Source of the DNA: Octopus vulgaris
Lineage: Eukaryota
DNA length: 64,000 nucleotides
Direction of reading: 5' to 3'
NCBI GenBank assembly: GCA_951406725.2
Contig: OX597830.1
Coordinates: forward strand, 6,014,001 to 6,078,000
Shown: positions 54,835-64,000 of the stretch, piece after piece
Layout of the letters: each line of letters starts with the position of its first letter
How positions within the stretch are numbered: position 1 is the first letter of the stretch
Made by a program: the position numbers and the translations under genes
Notes under the pieces: generated by a model
Databases searched by the model: none
Seen by the model: only the letters and a program-made list of their open reading frames with translations
What the model was told of the DNA's origin: nothing

Positions 54835-55450
54835 ATGAGCATGCTCTTGATTGAGCTGTGGCTCTGCCGTGCCTTCTTTTGGCCGTGGGGATGAAGGCTT
54901 CTTCCATTGTGACGACTCCTGCTTCATCTCAGGGTCGTGCCTGTAGATATAACTCTTCTTACTCGTGATGATCCTCGACATGAAGTAGGATCATCAGCGG
55001 CACGCTGACGGAGATCTTGACACTCTGACGCGATGTCCTTTCTGCTCAGTGGTCAGCGAGCGCGTGACAAACAGGGCAGAGACACGCCGCTATTCTATTC
55101 ATACGTCAAGATTTCCTGCATTGACCCATACGACAAACGAACATTATCAGCGCAATGTTGTTGATTGTCCACCGACGATCTGCCCGCACAGGTTCACGAA
55201 TTTTCACATTTCTGCAGGTTTTCTTGATCGCTCAACGTCTTCCGAGGACTTTCTCCCGCTTTTGAAGTGTCCGTGGGCACTCAAAACACTACGCATGACC
55301 TGTTGCCTTGTCGCTGAATATTTTTCAAAGCATGCCCAATGTCTCTGTAGCGGACGTCCCAGCTTAACGCCAAAGTTCCCGTTGGTTCTTTCTACCAACT
55401 TCCTGTCCCTGGCAAAATCGCAGACGACAGCATACACGTGATCACAATAT
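54835..55450 (-). pseudogene. mariner transposase N-terminal remnant
   Basis: FGVKLGR..., HFKSGRKSSEDVERSRKP (HTH region / RSGRP motif) and SRIITS....IYRHDPEMKQESSQWKKPSSPRPK (region of the first catalytic D). Confidence 0.85.
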
Positions 55451-55566
55451 TACTAATTTCACAACTTGTGCAGGAAGCACAGCAATGTAATTCAGCGCAG
55501 GGCCTTATGTAGGCCATTACTAGCTCTCACTGCGCACACAACAATGAACTGCTACGTGTTGGCGCG

Positions 55567-55602
<36 letters not shown>

Positions 55603-55604
<2 letters not shown>

Positions 55605-55950
55605 TCTTTTACTTGTTTCAGTCATTTTGACTGCGGCCATGCTGGAGTCAAATCGACCCCAGGACTTATTCTTTGTAAGCCCAGTACTTATTCTAAGTGA
55701 CGGGGACGCAAACACACCAGCATCGGTTGTCAAGCAATGCTAGGGGGACAAACACAGACACACAAATACACACATACACATTTATATATACATATATACG
55801 ACAGGCTTCTTTCAGTTTCCGTTTACCAAATCCACTCACAAGGCATTGGCCGGCCCGAGGCTATAGCAGAAGACACTTGCCCAAGATGCTACGCAGTGGG
55901 ACTGAACCCGGAACCATGTGGTTGGTTAGCAAGCTACTTACCACACCGCC
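55603..55950 (-). mobile_element. SINE group C
   Basis: Collinear with 59011-59395, with internal deletions. Confidence 0.88.
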
Positions 55951-56813
55951 ACATATATATATATATATATATATATATGAAGGTATATATGTATAATTGA
56001 AGCTAAAATCGAAACACTGTATTTCCTATGTAGCTATTTTTCTAAATTTTCCTGTAGAACATTTTGCGACGTAAAATTTTAATATAATTTTTTTACCTTT
56101 AATTTCAATCATAAAATTGCGAATTCGAAAATTTAAAAATCTTTCTGATTTTTGCTACCTGCAGTACAAATATGCAGAATATTTTTCTAATCTCATTATT
56201 TTAAATTGTCTCCTTTCACTTCAAATCAGCTAAGTCCTTATCTCTGTACATTCAGTCTCGTGTGTATCAGGAATTATTAAACAATCAAATTGTATTTCAA
56301 AGTAATCGATCTCATATTCAAGTGTTTCAAACATCCGTGTTGTTTCCACGCGTTTAATCGATTCGATTATTATTACTATCATCATCCTCATCATCATTGT
56401 CATCATCATTATTATTGCTGCATTTGAGGCTCTTGTCATATCTCACTTGCAATTTGTGTTTTTGCTTATTCCATCAGGAACTAACTTATTTTTTCAAACC
56501 CATCTAGAGTTAAAGGAAAACATGCGGAATCAAATTAATGGTGGTTTCTGTCAGGAAGGTTTCAGGAGCGAATCAAATCCGGTAAGTTACTGTAAATAAT
56601 TTTAAATGCAGATTGTTTGAGATTCAGAAATGTTCCCCAGTGACAGAAATTCATGGTGTACTATATTATTTAATTTCAGTTTATTTCGCATTACCAATTC
56701 TTCTTTTCCAGTAGTAATTCTGGTTTTCGCGTGGCTTAATAATTGTCGCGTTTGGCTTACGATCATAAATTGTGTTGTTTGTTTTAATGGCACGGATATA
56801 TACATATGCATTA

Positions 56814-57013
56814 AGGCGGTGAGCTGGCAGAAACGCTAGCACTCTGGCCAAAATGACTAGGGGTATTTATTACTTCTGAGTTCAAATTACGCCGAGGTCG
56901 ACTCTGCCTTTGATCCTTTCCGAGTCGATATATTTAGTACCAGCTGCGTACTGTGGTCGATCTAATCGAATGGCCCCCTCCCCCCAAATGTTGGGCCTTG
57001 TACCGAGAATAGA
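56814..57013 (+). mobile_element. SINE group B
   Basis: GGCGGTGAGCTGGCAGAAACGCTAGCAC...GAGTTCAAATTACGCCGAGGTCGACTCTGCCTTTGATCCTTTCCGAGTCGATA. Confidence 0.8.
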
Positions 57014-57109
57014 AAAGGACATATATATATATGCACCCACATTTGAATCGTTGGCGATTAATTTTTTTTCTCCGTCTTCCTTTTGTATTGGACTTTCCCC
57101 TGTTTCCTG

Positions 57110-57142
57110 TTTCCGAAGAAGAGCTTAGCTCGAAACGTAAAA
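57110..57142 (+). ncRNA. minimal hammerhead-like motif (U4C variant) in a Penelope-like pLTR remnant
   Basis: TTT-CCGAAGA-A-GAGC TTA GCTC-GAAA-CG-TA-AAA. The downstream GAGC...CTAATAC motif is shared with 20760 and 39620. Confidence 0.55.
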
Positions 57143-58318
57143 GCACCTTTCTTTGCTTCCTTGAGCCTCTGCTAATACTTTACATGTTCCATGTCCTGGC
57201 TTTGCTGTTTTTACTTTTGTGTTTGTTCTCTTTTTTTTCTGGATATCGAAAATATATGAGAAATATCTTTACAATGTTATTTTAGCCATAGCGAGGTTTG
57301 AAACACTTCAATATTTTGGAAATAAAGTCGATATCTTTTCAGAAGTTAATGAAAGAAATTTCCTGCTTCACTGAAATTAGATTTTCTTCAGCTGTTATGT
57401 AACTTTTTGGTTCTGTTTACGCTTTGTTTACGTCTTTTATTGGTTTTCGCTTGTGTTTTGGTGTATTTAATCGCATTATAGAGATTCATAGAACATTTCT
57501 GTTCGTTGATAGAATAAGTTATGGGGTTAAGCAATTTTAAATCATACAGTATATAAATAGTTGTAGTGTAACGTGGGCAGATTGCCGATGTATGATGAAT
57601 AAGGCGAAGAATAGGATACATATATGTATGTGTTTGTGTGTATGTATTACATATATATATACACACACATAGATGCATACATACATACACACGCATATAA
57701 ATATATACATATACATATAAGGAGTTAGATACATACACAAACAGACAAATAACGAAACAATCTGTATTTACGCATATTAACCATTATAACCAAGTACATC
57801 CCAAACCGACCGCACACATTCACTCACACGCAACATATATTAAAACCATGTATTAAATAATACCATTAAATGCGTTTCTCAATGCCTCAGGTCTTGTATT
57901 GTTTACTAGGTTCTAGATGAATCATCTATGTCATATAATTCTGAGACATTGTTTCGTAAACAATCTTACGAAACGATACACTGAGAGTATAAAAGAAGAA
58001 TATTATCATGTGGATGTTTATTTCTTTTGGTGCAGTTTGTTTGTAACGCATTTGAAATTGCTTTTAGATAGAACCAGGGAAATCATTTATAGAAATAACT
58101 TTCTAAAATGCTTATAGATGCATTTATACCTAATTCTATATATCTGTACCCGCAGATACATACATTAAATGCACGCTTGCTTATAAATGTATATATGAAT
58201 ATATATTATTCATACATTCATACGAAATATATTTATACACACACATACACACACACACATATATATAATTGGATGTATGTCTCTATCTATCTATCTATAT
58301 TTATACATATATATATAT

Positions 58319-58386
<68 letters not shown>

Positions 58387-58413
58387 ATATATATATATAT
58401 ATATAAATATAAA

Positions 58414-58728
58414 AATTACTAAGTCTCTCTAAAAGAGAACAACGGCAGCGTTCCCGGAAAATATTAGTTATCGCCATACTAATATGGCATTCTTATAAAA
58501 ATAAGAATAAAGCTGACCGCTTATTAGCTCCATGAGGCCATCGCCTTAAGTTAGCTATTTGATACACAAACTGTATCCATATAACCTTTGAACAAGGGAG
58601 GTCAGTCGCTCCACACTACTTGGCCGGCAGCTACATACGCGTTTCGGGGTATTGCCCCTTTTCAATGCTAATAAGCGGTCAGCTTTATTCTTATTTTTAT
58701 AAGAATGCCATATTAGTATGGCGATAAC

Positions 58729-58735
<7 letters not shown>
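58414..58735 (-). mobile_element. Penelope-like pLTR-type foldback element with perfect 69-bp arms and a U3-A8 hammerhead core
   Basis: Arms 58460-58528 and 58667-58735 are exact reverse complements. Minus strand 58668-58633 reads GCA-TTGAAAA-GGGG CAATA CCCC-GAAA-CGCG-TA-TGT. One-sided tail 58414-58459. (TA)n flanks both sides. Confidence 0.8.
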
Positions 58736-58826
<91 letters not shown>

Positions 58827-58830
58827 TACT

Positions 58831-58861
<31 letters not shown>

Positions 58862-58880
58862 ACATTTATACTTATATATA

Positions 58881-58917
<37 letters not shown>

Positions 58918-58977
58918 ACACGCATAGAAATGTATACATATGTATATATACACATAGAAATTTATACATATGTATAT

Positions 58978-59408
58978 ACTCTTTTACTCTTTTACTCTTT
59001 TACTCTTTTACTCTTTTACTTGTTTCAGTCATTTGACTACGGCCATGCTGGAGCACCGCCTTTAATCGAGCAACTCGACCCCGGGACTTATTCTTTTGTA
59101 AGCCCAGTACTTATTCTATCAGTCTCTTTTGCCGAACCGCTAAGTAACGGGGACATAAATACACCAGCATCGGTTGTCAAGCAATGCTAGGGGGACAAAC
59201 ACAGACACACAAACACACACACGCATATATATATACATATATACGACGGGCTTCTTTCAGTTTCCGTCTACCAAATCCACTCACAAGGCTTTGGTCGGCC
59301 CGAGGCTATAGTAGAAGACACTTGCCCAAGGTGCCACGCAGTGGGACTGAACCCGGAACCATGTGGTTGGTAAACAAGCTACTTACCACACAGCCACTCC
59401 TGCGCCTA
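58978..59408 (-). mobile_element. SINE group C, best-preserved copy (tRNA head + CORE-like domain)
   Basis: Minus strand AGGCGCAGGAGTGGCTGTGTGGTAAG (A box)...GGGTTCAGTCCC (B box)...ACCTTGGGCAAGTGTCTTC (CORE-like), with a (TAAAAGAG)n tail. Confidence 0.9.
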
Positions 59409-59455
59409 TATATATATACACACATATATACGTACAAAAATACAAAACATAGATA

Positions 59456-60660
59456 TTAGGTCATCAAGTATGAAATTTTTAGAAAGGAAAAAAGTTTTAT
59501 AAATGTTTTATAAATACAAGGAATAGTTTTATTCATCAAAGTATGCACCCATATTGTCAATACACTTTTGCCATTTCAACGGAAGCTTGTCCAGCCGGGA
59601 ACTGTAAAATCCTAGCAATCTAGAGTCAATAAAATCTTAGAAGGCCTCTTTTACAGTATCGTCGGAATTAAAATTTTTCCCATCAAAAAGTTATCCAAAT
59701 TCTGGAGAAAGTGGTAGCCAGTGGGGGCAAGATCAGGTGAGTATGATGGATGATTGAGAACTTCCAACTCCAACTCCAACTGCTGTAGTTTCGCCAATGT
59801 CACTTTTGTGATGTATGGTCTGGCATTGTCTTGCAATAAAATAGAAGTGGATCTGTTGACTAATCTAAGCTGGGTTTTTTCCTATGTGTCTGCATCATTT
59901 GGTCCAGTTGGCTGCAGTATACTTTGGCCGTGATTGATGAGCCAGGTTTAATGAAATCATAATGAATCACAACAGCGCTAGACCACCAAACACACACCAT
60001 CAGATTCTTTTGACGAATTTTGCTTTTGGACTGTGCTTTGGTGGCTCGTCTTTGCTCAACCATTGTGCAGAACGTTTACGGTTGTTGTATTGGATCCATT
60101 TATTATTACATGTTACAATTTGATTAAAAAATGATTCACTTTTGTGACGAGAAAGTAGCATAATGCAGGCTTCCAAAAGTTGCTGTTTCTGATTTTCCTT
60201 GAGTTCATGTGGAAACCACTTATCCAACTTTTTCACTTTACCGATTTGAACTATGTGAGTCAATATTGTTTTCATGCTGTTTCTGGTCGACCGCGTTGCT
60301 CATCTGTGAAGCGAAAGTTACAGAACGAAATTTTGCCAACCAATTTGATACTGTCTGCTGTGTAATAACATTAGAATGAAATACTTCATTAATATTCTGA
60401 GCTGTGTGGGTTTGCTGTATTTCCAAGAAAGAACTCATATTTCAAAACTGTACGAATTTCCTACTTATCCATCTCTAAACAAAAATAGCAAAAAACGACT
60501 TATAAATATTTTATAAAGCTCAAAATGAATTAGAATAAAGAAATAAATGTATCTGCTTTTTAACTAAAAATAAAGATTCTCAAAATATAATAATGGCGAA
60601 AATGAGCAGCTGTCAAAGTTTACCATGTACCTTACTAAACATTTCCTACTGACAACCTAA
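59456..60660 (-). mobile_element. near full-length decayed mariner transposon (Hsmar1/SETMAR-like transposase)
   Basis: TA-flanked imperfect TIRs (TTAGGTCATCAAGTATGAAAT / TTAGGTTGTCAGTAGGAAAT). ATG at 60472, stop at 59529-59531. Motifs WFPHEL (WVPHEL), IVTC, MVCVWWS, QDNARP and HPSYSPDLAPT. Several frameshifts and stops. Confidence 0.92.
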
Positions 60661-62918
60661 TACATATATCGCTGTAATAATGAAGTCAAACAAGATAGCA
60701 ATAGTTTGAAGTCATTCAATATGCACGCTTCGGGTTTGCATAATATATAAGAGGAGAGGCTTTCATTGCGTAAACCTTCTCCTGTTATGCGTTAACTGAT
60801 GAAGGTTTACAGTTTACGTAGTGCATGCATTTTCTATTATATATTACGCAAACCAGCAACCGATGTATCACATGATTTCAAAATATTACTATGTGCTTTT
60901 AATTCATTCTTATAACTTATACTGTTCGATCCGCTTGCAAACTATCCGGTCTTCTTTTCACTTATGCGGATACTCTAACAATGATTTGGAGCAGTTTATT
61001 TGACACTAGTTGAAAGCTCTTAGGATAAGGCAAATTATATGTGAGTGTATGTGTTAAGCTATTAAAGCTGGCGCACATTCAAATGCATGAATATAGACGC
61101 AAATACAAGGATTATAATTTTATGGTTAAGAGTTCCGTTTTGTAAACACGTGACTCCGTGATCAATGTCACTACTTGTAAGCTTGCAAGAGTTTTATGCT
61201 GCAGCTTCGGTTTTACTACAGCCCTGTAACTTCAACATGGCCAACGGCAGATGTAATAAGCATATATACAAATATACATCTCAAACCCTTGATTTTATTT
61301 CTCTTTAAACTATAACGGGTCCCTTGCGTTATTATTTTAATAATCTTCCTACAACCTGTTCCTATCTTTATTAAATTATGTAAAACTTCTATTTACAGTA
61401 GAATCGCAATGAAAATATTGAATCCCCGCCCACCGAAAAAAAGAAGTTTTAGTGGAGTTATCTGTACTCGAAAGGTTAATCTGTTTGTACCATGCTGTGA
61501 TTGGAAGACGCATAATATATATAAGGCTTTAGATTCAGTCATTCTCTTGGCAAGAACATTACAGATATAAACGTAGATTATTTTCTAAAATTCCCATTCC
61601 AGAGATGATACCAAAATTTTAATTAAAGTTCGATAAATATCGAGAAAGACCGAAAATAATCAGATCATCACAATTCAGACATCATCGGTTCCCTTGTATT
61701 CATAATTTTAGTATGTTTCAGAAAATATATGCATCTTTGCTTCAAAATAATGTTCAATACTATGAACATAGATTTATATTTACATATACGCACATGCATA
61801 TACAGAGTAGGCCAAAAGACACGAGGTTATTTAATGTTTAATAATTTTTTTTACTTTTCGGTTTAGATTTACAGCACCCCCGTATTACATGCATACATAC
61901 ATACATGGCTTTTCCAGCCAGTGTCAAACTTTGCATTTACCTTGAAATAGTGAATTCGAAAACTTTCAAAGAAAATATTGGAAGCCAAGAGAGAACGTGA
62001 TTAGTTTGCAGTAACCATCCGAAACTGATCGAGATGTTCTCGGGTTCCTCTAAGGGGGAAAAATAAATGATTTAACCGTAGTTCTCATAAGACTGTGAAA
62101 CAGAACATGTCTTTATTATGCGATTGTTTCCAGCTTTGACATAAATCTTGCCACTGAACAGAGTTGGTTAATTAATATCATTAAACGCAGTATGTAAGAG
62201 GTACGTTTTTTATTGACCCTGGGTGGGGACAAGTAACACTACTGTGGAATTTGAATCCCTCCAACTAAAAAAAAATCGAAACGAATCGCAAAACAATTCG
62301 TCCGATGTTCTAACAATTCAACCAATCTTAGCCAGGGTTTACATTCCTAATTTTGTCAACAAAGCTTCCCTCAAACGACCATTCGTGTTAAGGCGTTATG
62401 GTTTTCACGTGTATCTCATCGTCTAGTGTGAATAAATTCAGTTTATGCAGTTGGTATTATAAACTTCGAGAGACTAGCGTACTATCCAGTTAATATTTAC
62501 TTCTCATCCATTTAATATTATATAAACGAAGAAGAAACGTTTGGCTGGCTTTCGGATACTGACGATTAGTTCTAGGGTTAGCTTCATTAAATTTACGGTT
62601 AATTAGCGTCTTTAATGCATAATGCATGTATTTATTTTGTTAGATAATTGTTTAGTCAGCGCTAATTACATACCCAATTCGAAAGATATTAATGATGCAC
62701 TCTTCCATTATCCTTTCCTCTTGAGAGGCTCAAGCGATATGAGATTGCTTCGCAATAATGGTTAATTTGTAATTAATGCTTAACTGACAGAAAAAAAAAT
62801 TACGATACTTACACCACTACTATTACAAGTTGTACTGCTACTACTATCACTGCTGCTGCTACTGCTACTGTCAGTACTACTTCTAGTATTTATGATAATG
62901 ATGAGGATGAGGATGATA

Positions 62919-62954
<36 letters not shown>

Positions 62955-62977
62955 CCACCACCGCCACCACCAACAGC

Positions 62978-63010
<33 letters not shown>

Positions 63011-63013
63011 AAC

Positions 63014-63097
<84 letters not shown>

Positions 63098-63098
<1 letters not shown>

Positions 63099-63660
63099 CA
63101 CGACAATATAGCCAGGCTTGTCCACTGGACACTTTGCAACAAGTGTGGACTTGACAGAGCAAAAAATCGGTACGACCACAAACCTGAAGGCGTCATCCAA
63201 AATAGAAATGCAAAGATTCTATGGGATTTTATGATTCAGTGCGACCATGAGATGGAGAATAGGAAGCCAGACATAGTCTTAGCTGAGAAAGAAAACAAAC
63301 TATGCTGGATCATAGACATAGCATGCTCAGCTGAAAACAAGATATGCGGTAAGGAAGAAAGGAAAGTCGAGAGATATGACAGGTTAGCCTTAGAAGTTAA
63401 GCAGTTGTGGTCGATGAAAAAAGGTAGCAGTAGTACCAATAATTGTCGGAGCCCTGGGATCAGTGAGTAAAAATGTCGGGAAGCACGTTGAACAAATAGG
63501 GGTTGCAATAAGGGTGGAGCACTTGTAGAAAACTGCACTGTTTGGAACCGCTCGAATATTCTGTAAAGTGCTAGAAAAATAAGAGGCGTTACCTCAGTTC
63601 ACTGGTAGTGAACAGCTGACACCGTAGTATATCTCCAGCGTTAGAAGATGTGCAAAGGCA
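63098..63660 (+). mobile_element. 5'-truncated R4/Dong-like element (family 5)
   Basis: HDNIARLVHW, ILWDF, KPDIVL and IIDIAC, then after a frameshift VPIIVGALG...HL*KTALFGTARIF. (AAT)n upstream, (TAA/TAG)n downstream. Confidence 0.9.
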
Positions 63661-63673
63661 ATAATAGTAGTAA

Positions 63674-63738
<65 letters not shown>

Positions 63739-64000
63739 AAAAATATTTTCTACTATAAGCACAAGGCGTGAAATTTCGGGGATGGGACTAGTCGATCACA
63801 TCGACACCAGTACTCCACTGGTACTTAATTTATAACCCCGAACATGCTCGCCTTGTGCCAAAATTTGAAACCCGTTATTATTCTACTTTTCGCACAGCAT
63901 TTGATTTAGGCGATGTAATGTGAAATGAGTTGGCACATTTAATTTCAAGCATTTTTCTAAGTATTCTAGCGGTTCCAAGGAATATTGTTTTGTGTTTTTG

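Noticed and set aside
60770-60810. 10-bp hairpin GTAAACCTTC/GAAGGTTTAC containing CTGATGA
   Set aside because: No GAAA or stem III in the right register; a short inverted repeat could arise by chance.

Overview
Eukaryotic, AT-rich, microsatellite-dense non-coding DNA (intronic or intergenic). The tRNA-derived SINE families point to an octopus (coleoid cephalopod) genome; this is my inference from recognising the repeats. I find no supportable host protein-coding exon, and nearly all ORFs in the track are microsatellite translations. Identifiable content: (1) many copies of three tRNA-derived SINE groups; (2) at least seven truncated R4/Dong-like non-LTR retrotransposon pieces (restriction-like endonuclease type) from about five families, all associated with (TAA)n arrays in the same polarity; (3) two decayed mariner transposons; (4) an RTE LINE 3' end; (5) a Penelope-like GIY-YIG endonuclease remnant; (6) a gag-knuckle-only remnant ending in (TTC)n; (7) several small foldback elements. 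The most striking signal is a set of short non-coding foldback elements resembling Penelope-like pLTRs. They carry minimal hammerhead ribozyme cores, two of which show the compensatory U3-A8 variant, and their arm hairpins covary between copies. Also notable is a 28-bp exact copy of apparently unique local DNA that replaces a conserved motif inside one retrotransposon. Repeat boundaries were read by eye and are approximate.
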